From NCBI GenBank assembly GCA_965552055.1, contig CBEVQO010000012.1, forward strand, positions 1 through 14,478: a stretch of 14,478 nucleotides of DNA, given 5' to 3'. Position numbers and translations under genes: made by a program. The notes beneath the pieces were generated by a model, which ran no database searches, was not told the origin of the DNA, and saw only the letters and a program-made list of their open reading frames with translations. Of this stretch, positions 1 to 8,318 are shown piece by piece; the stretch's first letter is position 1, and every line of letters starts with the position of its first letter. This DNA comes from an uncultured bacterium. Lineage in GTDB: Bacteria > Hydrothermota > UBA3073 > NMUJ01 > CBEVQO01.

Positions 1-355
1 CACCTCTGTCATCTGTCCATGGTGGATAAATTATATTACCCTCCTCGTCAAGATGGGGAGGCTTCCAGAAAGTTAACCCACCGGCTATTAAACACTGTGA
101 TACATAATTGGCACAATCGCGCTTCCGCAATGTGTCTGTACCTACAATAATAGGGCGAGTATAACTGTGATAAGGCCACTCGTCTTTAAAACGAATAGAA
201 TGAGGTTTATCCAATGGACCACCATTATTTCTCAGAGTATCATTAGGGTAATAAGTCCAATCTTTAACCCATCTATCAGCATAGCGTGCTACTTGTGTTC
301 TTTCAAAAGCATAAACATTGTTAATTATCAAGAATGCAACGACTATCTTTTTCAT
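1..355 (-). CDS. Exported putative amidase (Amidase_6-like, papain/NlpC-P60 fold), 5' part only; runs off the window edge
   Basis: Not in the ORF track. Translated by hand from ATG at 355: MKKIVVAFLIINNVYAFERTQVARYADRWVKDW...RKRDCANYVSQCLIAGGLTFW..., open to base 1. It has a signal-peptide-like N-terminus and the 'YAxxW...DCANYVSQCLxAGG' motif recalled for the Amidase_6 family. It overlaps the upstream stop as ATGA and is preceded by GGAGG. Confidence 0.8.
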   Translation of the reverse strand, partial: MKKIVVAFLIINNVYAFERTQVARYADRWVKDWTYYPNDTLRNNGGPLDKPHSIRFKDEWPYHSYTRPIIVGTDTLRKRDCANYVSQCLIAGGLTFWKPPHLDEEGNIIYPPWTDDRG

Positions 356-1329
356 TTTTCACCTCCTTGTAATTCTTTTTCTTTCTGAATAAATTTTTGA
401 TAAGTAGGTAAAAAATCTAGTACTTCCTGGGCATGTTCTCGCACATAAGGATTAGGATCATTTAATGACCCTCGTATTAGCTCAATCGCTTTCGGAGTAC
501 CTACTCTCATAAGATGAATAAGCGCAATCTCTCGTAAAATGAAATTATCGCTGTTGAGTCTGTGCATAATTTCTTTCCAAGAATATATACTTCCAATAAG
601 ATGTGTCATAGGAATCTCACACCAAGGGTCATCCTTGCGACCAATAGGAGGAGGTGGAAATTTTCTGCTATATTCTTCTAAAAGCATTATCGATTCTTCG
701 GTACCTAACGCCATTAGTGCATCAGGATTGGGATGTTCTTTTAAGACTCGCCAAGATGCAGTATCTCTTAAAAATGCTAGTATTATAGCAGATGTCTTCC
801 TTAAATCTTTGTCTTCTAAAAACTCTCGTAGGATTTTCTTTAAAATAGGTATACAAGTAGTATCTTCAAGATATAGGCAATTTGCTACTACTTTCGCATA
901 AAGGATAATAGATTTTCTCGCTTTAGCTTGTATTGCCTCATCTTTACTATTCAGTGCTTCTATAAGTATGGGCAAACCATCTGGATCAGCTGCATGCGCT
1001 ATTCTATCGATTATCCACATTTTTTCTTCCTTTACACTTTTGAACTTTTGTGGATCAGTTGGGCGTGCGTTTCTCTTCAAATTATTCCATTGTTCAATAA
1101 TTTCTGTAATTTTCCTTTGTCGAATTATACCTTGGTCTGTATATAAAGAAAACCATAATCTCAACCAGTTCGTTTTCCTTTTACTCCTATCAAATGCTGG
1201 CGAGAGCGGTTCTGCTTTCTCCACTTCCCATTGCATAACTTTTCTCTTACCTTTTTCTTCACTATATAATGGAATAGAATAAGACATTAGTATAACTATA
1301 AAAATCATCCAAAAATTAATCCTTACCAT
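352..1329 (-). CDS. Exported HEAT/PBS-lyase-repeat protein
   Basis: 325 aa with a hydrophobic signal peptide (MVRINFWMIFIVILMSYSIPLYS). HEAT-like units include LPILIEALNSKDEAIQAKARKSI, LNSDNFILREIALIHL and LNDPNPYVREHAQEVL. RBS AGGAGG lies upstream. Confidence 0.8.
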   Translation of the reverse strand: MVRINFWMIFIVILMSYSIPLYSEEKGKRKVMQWEVEKAEPLSPAFDRSKRKTNWLRLWFSLYTDQGIIRQRKITEIIEQWNNLKRNARPTDPQKFKSVKEEKMWIIDRIAHAADPDGLPILIEALNSKDEAIQAKARKSIILYAKVVANCLYLEDTTCIPILKKILREFLEDKDLRKTSAIILAFLRDTASWRVLKEHPNPDALMALGTEESIMLLEEYSRKFPPPPIGRKDDPWCEIPMTHLIGSIYSWKEIMHRLNSDNFILREIALIHLMRVGTPKAIELIRGSLNDPNPYVREHAQEVLDFLPTYQKFIQKEKELQGGEK

Positions 1330-3607
1330 ACCCCCTCCTTTTTAATCTTACCTTATTGAGACATACCTTCATTTCATTTATTATAATCGAAAAAAAAAAA
1401 GTTGTCAAGCTGAAATTCTTATTTCCATATTTTGAATTGTCTTTCCATTGTAATTCAATCTCATCATAATCTATCGCATCGGCAACGAAGTTAGAAGGTG
1501 CATTGGGCAACACTTTTGCAGATGTATCACAGGGCTCGGAATAAATCGTATCCCCATCTCTCTCCAAATAAATTGCCTTTACTGTGATATGCCATTCGCC
1601 GAAACTGAGTGAATCAGTGATGTAGGAGAAAGAATTTGCAGGCACAAAAGCAGAAAAGAAATCGCCATCGGGAAGTTCCCTTTGCCCGTAGATATAAAAT
1701 CCATTGTGCAATTTATCGTAATCCCACTCTATTTTTAATATTCGCTCAACGATTTGATCCACACTTAAATTACTAACAGAGTAAAAGTAAAAAGGCTCGC
1801 ATTCAACGGAATCGGAGAACGAAGAAAAATTTCCTTCATTGTCAATCGCCCTCACTTTGAAATAATAGGTTTTATGATAATCAAGATTTGACATAATTAC
1901 AGATGTTGTGTCACCAATAGTATCAACCTGCCAGTTACCACCAGCAGGCTTATACCATATTTCATATTTAGTGTTATGGCAGGAGTAGTCCTTCCAAGTT
2001 AATTTGATTTCTGAATAAGATAAAGATTGTGCTTTTAAGGAATCGGGTTTTGCGAGCAAAGCAGAGTCCACAGCAGAATAATAAGCAGGCTTGGGCTTCA
2101 ATCCTCTATCTACTATGCCATATACACCTACAGGATTTTCAAAATTCTCTGAAAATAAGTCTTTCACGCTATTTGATTTATATTCTTTGATTTTTAAACT
2201 GTCAAACCATGCTTCACCTGCACATCTAAATAACCCAAATTTTATCCATAGAGAACTTTTAAGATTTTCTTTCGGAATTTTCATTCTAAATTTCGTCCAG
2301 CCAATATTATAATCTATGCTTATGGAATCTTCATTTTTTGCATAAACAAAGAATTTAGCCCCTCCATTTTGTTCTACTTTTTCAATCAATGTTTTCATCC
2401 AGAATGTTATGACTATTGAGTCAGCAGATGTATCTATTTTCAATGACTTTTTGGCAGATGTCTCATGGCGCCAAGTAGTGGGCTCCAATTCAGGGGGAGA
2501 CGGATCATCCGTAACTGCCCAATCTCTGTGGAAGTGATAAGATATAGAACCTGAGCAAAACTCCGATGTATCGGGGTATATTTCGCCTGACTCAAATCTT
2601 TCGCCAATTCCATGATGATGAAAATGTGGCCAGTCAACAAATTGGAACCATATAACTTTACTTATAAAGGGAATTCTATCCAGTAATCTATAAACTTGCA
2701 CAAAATACATTGCTTTTTCTTCCTCACTTTTTATTCCGCCTATCCCCGCTGGCCAACCATATTCAGTTATCCATATCATTTTACCAGTATCACCGTAGCT
2801 TTCCATTATTTCTTTTATCCTTTTTACAAGTCTTTCCAGAGATTTCAAAGATGTACCATACGGCTCATACCAGTAAGGATGTATGTTCATACAATCGAAA
2901 TAATTTTTTATTGTTGGGTCTTTTTCATAAAGTGCTTTTATCCATGTAGTATCTTCGAATCTCGCAATCCCACCTATCAACACTATGGCATTGGAATCTA
3001 TTTCTTTTATGGCATTATAGGCAGTTTTCAAAACAGTTATATAAGCGTTAAGGTGTTCATCTGTATAAGCCAAATCAGGATTTTCTCTTAGATAATAACT
3101 ATAAGGACAAAACCAATCCCATGCATTTGGCTCATTCCACACATCCCATACTTTCACTCCCCAATCTCCCCATCCGTGTTTAGAGGCAAATTGACCTCCG
3201 GGCTTCATCCACGTTACTAAAGATTCCACATATGCTTTAAATTTGTTCATTTTATAACTATTATCAACATCTGGTGCCCAGCAATTCACTCCAGGATACT
3301 CCTCAACAGAAGTTTCTACGGTTGCCCAATAAGGAGCACTCAATATTCCACCGTAAACTTCTAAACTGCAACTATAAATAGCATCTAAAAGGATTTCCCA
3401 AGCTTCTTTCTGGGAATAATTATAAGAATTTTCCTCAGGCTCTAACCATGCCCAGTGAAATGGTTCACTCACTATTTTAAACTTAGCCTGTTTAATCGCA
3501 TTAAAATAGGCTCTGATATTGTAACTCCATGGCTCAGGCCTCCATGTAGGATTCGCCCCTATAAACCCTGGCTCCAGTTTATATAAAAGTAATAAATACA
3601 ACAGCAT
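1316..3607 (-). CDS. Clan GH-A glycoside hydrolase (GH5/GH39-like) with an inserted beta-sandwich and FN3 stalk; C-terminally truncated
   Basis: Motifs WDVWNEPN (acid/base Glu), NIHPY, IWITEYGW (nucleophile Glu) and YGIVD..KPKPAY, followed by FN3 repeats. Homology to the copy at 14316-14478 stops at about 1428 (…WKDNSKY). The remaining residues are read-through across the promoter. Confidence 0.8.
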   Translation of the reverse strand: MLLYLLLLYKLEPGFIGANPTWRPEPWSYNIRAYFNAIKQAKFKIVSEPFHWAWLEPEENSYNYSQKEAWEILLDAIYSCSLEVYGGILSAPYWATVETSVEEYPGVNCWAPDVDNSYKMNKFKAYVESLVTWMKPGGQFASKHGWGDWGVKVWDVWNEPNAWDWFCPYSYYLRENPDLAYTDEHLNAYITVLKTAYNAIKEIDSNAIVLIGGIARFEDTTWIKALYEKDPTIKNYFDCMNIHPYWYEPYGTSLKSLERLVKRIKEIMESYGDTGKMIWITEYGWPAGIGGIKSEEEKAMYFVQVYRLLDRIPFISKVIWFQFVDWPHFHHHGIGERFESGEIYPDTSEFCSGSISYHFHRDWAVTDDPSPPELEPTTWRHETSAKKSLKIDTSADSIVITFWMKTLIEKVEQNGGAKFFVYAKNEDSISIDYNIGWTKFRMKIPKENLKSSLWIKFGLFRCAGEAWFDSLKIKEYKSNSVKDLFSENFENPVGVYGIVDRGLKPKPAYYSAVDSALLAKPDSLKAQSLSYSEIKLTWKDYSCHNTKYEIWYKPAGGNWQVDTIGDTTSVIMSNLDYHKTYYFKVRAIDNEGNFSSFSDSVECEPFYFYSVSNLSVDQIVERILKIEWDYDKLHNGFYIYGQRELPDGDFFSAFVPANSFSYITDSLSFGEWHITVKAIYLERDGDTIYSEPCDTSAKVLPNAPSNFVADAIDYDEIELQWKDNSKYGNKNFSLTTFFFSIIINEMKVCLNKVRLKRRGYGKD
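1380..1408 (-). promoter_or_regulatory. Perfect sigma70 consensus promoter with a T11 tract in the spacer (copy 1)
   Basis: The minus strand reads TTGACA (1408-1403), a 17-bp spacer ACTTTTTTTTTTTCGAT, then TATAAT (1385-1380). It lies about 50 bp upstream of the HEAT gene. Confidence 0.9.
1428..2048 (-). repeat. Shared FN3 stalk, copy A
   Basis: 1428-1590 matches 14316-14478 (11 mismatches in 163 bp by hand count). About 1623-2048 is a more diverged homolog of 10458-10897 and 5982-6317. Confidence 0.9.
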
Positions 3608-3615
3608 ACTCCCTC

Positions 3616-5880
3616 CTACTTTAACTTTATTAATTTTAAATTCTCATAGATAATCTTATCCCCCTTCTTCATCTTTATCTTTACAAAATATAAGCCTGAA
3701 GGCAGATCTTCTCTTTGCCAGATAAAAGAATATTCCCCCTGCTTCAAATTGCCTTTATAAATCTCATCTACACATTTACCGAGTAAGTTGTAAACTTTTA
3801 TCTCAACTTCACAATCTTCTGGCACTGTATAACAGATAACCGTCCTTTTTCTAAATGGATTTGGCTTAATACAAGCATGCAAAACTTTAGCACGCGACAA
3901 TTTAGCATCTCCATAAACCTTAACGATGAAAAATTTTGAAGTATCCATATTTGATGCCACTTTAATTTCGTCATAATCAGGATACACTCTTATTATCTGG
4001 AATATATCATCCATTCTTATATCACTGACATCTTCTATTTTGGTGCAGACTTTGCCCTCATAAACTCCCGATTCTTCATCATTTTCAAGTAAAGTTACAG
4101 CGATGCCTTTTGGATTGCGATTAGATGAAACTATGCAAATCGCCACATCACGCTTATTTGTAACACTCTCGCCATATAATCTAAGGTATAAAGTGTCTCC
4201 CGTTGAAATCGAATCCACAACTTTCTGATAATCGCAAGAATAATTTCTCACAGAATCTATTTTTAGTGGCTCATGATTTACACCTTTTATAAAATCTGCA
4301 GAATAAGATATCAATGAATATCTCCCGCTTATGAGGGATGATAACCCAGCGCTATCCTCATTGAAAAAGTTATTTTTAAGAATGAGAATACCTGTGTCCT
4401 GTTCACCCGAGCCCTTATGCATTATCTCAAAATCTTTCTGATAAGTGTTGTAATAAATGTTTGAATTTTGAATTATTGCAGTGTCATTTTTTCTCGTTAT
4501 TAATTTAATTGCCCCATTGTCAACTATAAGACAACTATCAATTATGAATTTATCGATTAACGAATCGAGAATTGCAATCCCGTCCTCACTTTTGTTTCCT
4601 GCAATTAGATTTCCTTTTACTACACATTTTCCAGGATACCATTGTAATCCAAAGTAAATGACAGAATAACCTTTTGCTTGATTATTCACAATTACATTGT
4701 TCACAATGCTATCAAATTGACCTCCAAATCCGGCCAGAGTTCCAAAAGAATTCGTTTCATTATTAAATACAAAATTATCTGTGAAGGTTAATTTCATTTT
4801 TGGACAACCATAAAATCCTTCCCAACAACAAGCCACTGACCCTATTTCTCTGCCACTTTCATTATTAATAAAGATATTTGATTTAATGCTTACTTTTGTG
4901 CTTTCAATCTCTCCCCCTATTACATTATCTATTGCTCCATTCTTTATATTTTCGAAAATGTTATTTTCAATTTTGACTTGGCTTTCTCCTATACGTATTC
5001 CAGCACCTTCTATATCTCTAATAACATTATTGCTAATAGTTCCTGTTGATATTCCATAGTAAGGGAAATGCTTAACTTCACGGTATCCGATCGTTTGCCA
5101 TGGGGAACTTTTATTATTTTGCACTATATTGCTATCGAAGTCACAATGACTTGCTCTTACAAAAAGAGAAGCACTTGATGGTGCTTCATTCCCTTCAATT
5201 GTGCATCGCCTAACCTGTGCCCACGAATACATATCTACTGCAATCGCTCCCACTCCTTTATTACCCATCACCTTACAATCATAAACAAATAAAGTGCAAC
5301 TCCAACATACACCTAAAATTCCATAATAACCAGTAACTTCATTCTCCTTAATCATACAATTTCTAACCATCATATAAGCGGCATTTTCAGCTCCTATCCC
5401 CGCAAAATATTTACCATAATTTTTATAAACCACACACGATCCGATTTCAATCGCCGAGTAAAGAACCAAAATTCCACCTCCGCCATCATGAGGATAAGCA
5501 CCTGTTGCCTTACCACCTGTAAGTGTTAAATTTTTTATCTTTGTCGCGGGATTGCCAATCCATGTGGAATCCATAAAAATACAATGCCATGCTGTATCTT
5601 TGGAATCTTGTGAAATCGCTGTGAGAGTACAAAGTTCAGGTGAAATCCCCATCAAAACTATTGAATCCAGCAAAATTAATCCAACATAGCCAATGCTTGT
5701 ATCCCATGGACACATCGCAGTATCATAATTTATGGCAAGATGGTATTTGCCCGGTAGCAAAATAATGGTATCAATGTCTGGGGTTGACCTCGTTTTATAA
5801 ATCACTGACTGCAAACTTTCTCCTTCAAAACCCACAGTATCACAATACCATATTGTAAGTATGAGGAAAAATTTTATCAC
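3616..5880 (-). CDS. Right-handed parallel beta-helix (pectin-lyase-like) protein with T9SS type A/FlgD-Ig-like C-terminal sorting domain
   Basis: Repeated 'NCxIxxNx' / 'IxNNIFxN' beta-helix rungs and a DGGGGI motif. C-terminus KPNPFRKRTVICYTV…IKVYNLLGK…LPSGLYFVKI…KLIKLK. GTG start with a short hydrophobic leader. Confidence 0.8.
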   Translation of the reverse strand: MIKFFLILTIWYCDTVGFEGESLQSVIYKTRSTPDIDTIILLPGKYHLAINYDTAMCPWDTSIGYVGLILLDSIVLMGISPELCTLTAISQDSKDTAWHCIFMDSTWIGNPATKIKNLTLTGGKATGAYPHDGGGGILVLYSAIEIGSCVVYKNYGKYFAGIGAENAAYMMVRNCMIKENEVTGYYGILGVCWSCTLFVYDCKVMGNKGVGAIAVDMYSWAQVRRCTIEGNEAPSSASLFVRASHCDFDSNIVQNNKSSPWQTIGYREVKHFPYYGISTGTISNNVIRDIEGAGIRIGESQVKIENNIFENIKNGAIDNVIGGEIESTKVSIKSNIFINNESGREIGSVACCWEGFYGCPKMKLTFTDNFVFNNETNSFGTLAGFGGQFDSIVNNVIVNNQAKGYSVIYFGLQWYPGKCVVKGNLIAGNKSEDGIAILDSLIDKFIIDSCLIVDNGAIKLITRKNDTAIIQNSNIYYNTYQKDFEIMHKGSGEQDTGILILKNNFFNEDSAGLSSLISGRYSLISYSADFIKGVNHEPLKIDSVRNYSCDYQKVVDSISTGDTLYLRLYGESVTNKRDVAICIVSSNRNPKGIAVTLLENDEESGVYEGKVCTKIEDVSDIRMDDIFQIIRVYPDYDEIKVASNMDTSKFFIVKVYGDAKLSRAKVLHACIKPNPFRKRTVICYTVPEDCEVEIKVYNLLGKCVDEIYKGNLKQGEYSFIWQREDLPSGLYFVKIKMKKGDKIIYENLKLIKLK

Positions 5881-5885
5881 ACAAA

Positions 5886-8318
5886 TTACCCCATCATAAA
5901 TTTTAACTTAATTATTTTTGTGTCAAGAGAAAAGTTGAGAAATTTTGAGCTGTTGTATTTTCTTACTATAAGGAATGGATTTTTATCATAATCCCACTCT
6001 ATTTTCAATATTCGCTCAACGATTTGATGTGCTTTTAAATCATTAACAGGATAGAAATAATTGGGCTGACATTTTACGGAATCGGAAAATGCAGAAGCAT
6101 GCCCCTTATCATCAATTGCCCTAACCTTAAAGTAATACTCTTTGTGGTAATCAAGGTTATCAACAATTGCACAGGTAGTATCACTAACGGTATCAACCTG
6201 CCACTCGCCACCAGCAGGCTTATACCATATTTCATAGCCCGTATTCTTCTTTGAGTTATCGCACCACTCGAGTTTTACTTCGGAATAGGATAGGGGAAAA
6301 GCAGTGAGTGAGGTGGGAGGGTTAAGTTTAATTTCAACAACCACAGAATTTGAAAAATTTGAAAAGTAATCACCCGCAATTGCTCGAACCCTATATTGAT
6401 ATTCATTACCCAAACTTACAGCATTATCCACATAAGAAGTAACATTGTCATTGACAACAGCTATCAATTGACTATTGCGATAAATTTCAAATTTCTCCTC
6501 ATTAAAAGAATTGTCTTGCCATGAAAGTTTTACAAAACTTTCATCCACGAAAGCCTGTAAATTAGAGGGTGCATATATTGGGCGCCGTCCGAAAACAGTA
6601 TATTCAAAAACTACATCTGAGGGTTTTGCAGGTTGCCATACAACCTCAGAGACTTCGCCATCGATGATGTCAACTATTCGAACTTCGTAAACATAGGTTC
6701 TTAAAGTAACTGTATTTCCTGAAATTGAAACAGGTTCGCACCAGCCCTCTTCCCATTGACAAGGTGGTGAAGTTGGGTCTCCTTTTGACCAGCCAACAGT
6801 TTCCTTTCTTCCCCATATCCATAATTCAATGTAGTCGGAATGTGGCAAATTAACGGTTTTTCTGACCTCGTGCCTTTTAACTATCCAGTACATTCCGTGT
6901 GGCAATGGTCTCATTGGAAAGTCCATTATATACCAGTCAGTGGCAGAGTAATCTGTACCACCACTTGCAGTGTGATGCTCCACCTGATAGGGCAGTTTTG
7001 CATACTTTAGCGCACGCTCTGCATTGATACGCCCATAACCTGTATATTTATCCCACCCTGTAGGTGGTTTATCATCTGCCGATATTCTTATGAGCCACAT
7101 TATATCGTCGTTTGTCAAATCCGGTCTGAAACCCTTTAGAAGTGCCGCAAGCCCTGTAACAAAAGGTGTCGCCATAGAGGTACCTGAAAGATAACGGTAT
7201 GGTTTACCCTGAAAATCATTTGCTGTCCAAGTGGATAAGATATCCCTGTCATCATTGTTTGGATAAGGGTTGGTTCCACCTGGTGCAACAACATCTATAT
7301 GGTCTCCATAAGTTGAAAAGTTTGAGCGTATCCCATTATTCTGGGTCGCCCCTACTGCGAGAACACATGTGAAACCTGCAGGAAAGAGCAAGTTTTCCTT
7401 CCCTGTATTCCCCATTGCTGCAACGGGCACCCTGTCCATCTCATAGGCATAGTGGAAAGCCCATCTTATTATTCTAGAATACCTAGAACCGCCCCAGCTG
7501 TTATTTAAAACATCACAACCAACGTCTACTGCTCTTACTATCGCAGTATAAAAGGAATCTGCTGGTTCCACAAATGTGCCATATGCATCCACCTCTAATC
7601 CTTCAGTGTATATATTAGCATTCCAATCTGTACCTGCCACTCCAAGGCTGTTATTAGTTTTTGCTGAAGCAATTCCAGCTACATGTGTTCCATGTGCTCC
7701 ATAATAATAAGGGTCACCGCTTACCTTGCCAGCTAAATCTTCGTGATCCGATTTTACACCACAGTCAATGATACCTATCAGCACATGTGAAGACCCTTTA
7801 AAAATATCCCATGCTTCAACCGCATGAATATCTTCACCGGGTGTTCCACCTGCCTGCCCTGTGTTATGAAGTCCCCATTGATATCCAAAAAATTCATCAT
7901 TAGGGATGGCAAGCAATTTTATCATTGGTATGCGTTCAGCAAAGATAACTTCATCAAGTGCGTTTAAATCTTTAACCACCGAATCAAGTTCTGTTCCATC
8001 GGGAAATCTTACTCTGTAAATTCGTGACAGGTCGAGTTTTTTCACAATCTTACCTTTTGGTGAATATGCAATGGTATCAGCAGGATTATAATCAGGATAC
8101 GGTCTTGTCATACTCTCTGCATTATAGGAGGTTAGGACATTTCTCATGTTTTCACTCATAGTAACTGACTCAAGTGAGAGACTCTTTGCTCCTGCTGGTG
8201 CCTGTATTGCATCTTGTTTTACATACATAATGATTTCATGCTCATAGAGGTCAACACTATGAGGGGTAATATCCCCCCAAGATAACCTATTATAATTAAT
8301 GCTAACATCATTTTGCAC
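5886..8318 (-). CDS. S8 subtilisin-family serine peptidase with prodomain and FN3 stalk; C-terminally truncated and probably frameshifted near the start (true start likely ATG 8311)
   Basis: Catalytic motifs GIIDCG (Asp), HGTHVAG (His), AAMGN (oxyanion Asn) and GTSMATP (Ser), then FN3 domains. Stalk homology ends at 5982 (…EWDYDK). The GTG at 8318 lies inside the GGAGG RBS that serves ATG 8311. Confidence 0.9.
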   Translation of the reverse strand: MQNDVSINYNRLSWGDITPHSVDLYEHEIIMYVKQDAIQAPAGAKSLSLESVTMSENMRNVLTSYNAESMTRPYPDYNPADTIAYSPKGKIVKKLDLSRIYRVRFPDGTELDSVVKDLNALDEVIFAERIPMIKLLAIPNDEFFGYQWGLHNTGQAGGTPGEDIHAVEAWDIFKGSSHVLIGIIDCGVKSDHEDLAGKVSGDPYYYGAHGTHVAGIASAKTNNSLGVAGTDWNANIYTEGLEVDAYGTFVEPADSFYTAIVRAVDVGCDVLNNSWGGSRYSRIIRWAFHYAYEMDRVPVAAMGNTGKENLLFPAGFTCVLAVGATQNNGIRSNFSTYGDHIDVVAPGGTNPYPNNDDRDILSTWTANDFQGKPYRYLSGTSMATPFVTGLAALLKGFRPDLTNDDIMWLIRISADDKPPTGWDKYTGYGRINAERALKYAKLPYQVEHHTASGGTDYSATDWYIMDFPMRPLPHGMYWIVKRHEVRKTVNLPHSDYIELWIWGRKETVGWSKGDPTSPPCQWEEGWCEPVSISGNTVTLRTYVYEVRIVDIIDGEVSEVVWQPAKPSDVVFEYTVFGRRPIYAPSNLQAFVDESFVKLSWQDNSFNEEKFEIYRNSQLIAVVNDNVTSYVDNAVSLGNEYQYRVRAIAGDYFSNFSNSVVVEIKLNPPTSLTAFPLSYSEVKLEWCDNSKKNTGYEIWYKPAGGEWQVDTVSDTTCAIVDNLDYHKEYYFKVRAIDDKGHASAFSDSVKCQPNYFYPVNDLKAHQIVERILKIEWDYDKNPFLIVRKYNSSKFLNFSLDTKIIKLKFMMG
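5900..5926 (-). promoter_or_regulatory. Probable sigma70 promoter at cassette junction
   Basis: TTGACA (5926-5921), 15-bp spacer, TAAAAT (5905-5900), about 20 bp upstream of the GTG at 5880. The spacer is shorter than optimal. Confidence 0.55.
5982..6317 (-). repeat. Shared FN3 stalk, copy B
   Basis: 5982-6282 is identical to 10562-10862 (301 bp, offset 4580). Similarity continues to 6317/10897. Confidence 0.95.

Noticed and set aside
1316..1427. Hydrophobic/basic tail of the GH protein (FSLTTFFFSIII…KRR) as a membrane anchor or sorting signal
   Set aside because: It is translation through the T11 promoter module after stalk homology ends, so it is most likely incidental.
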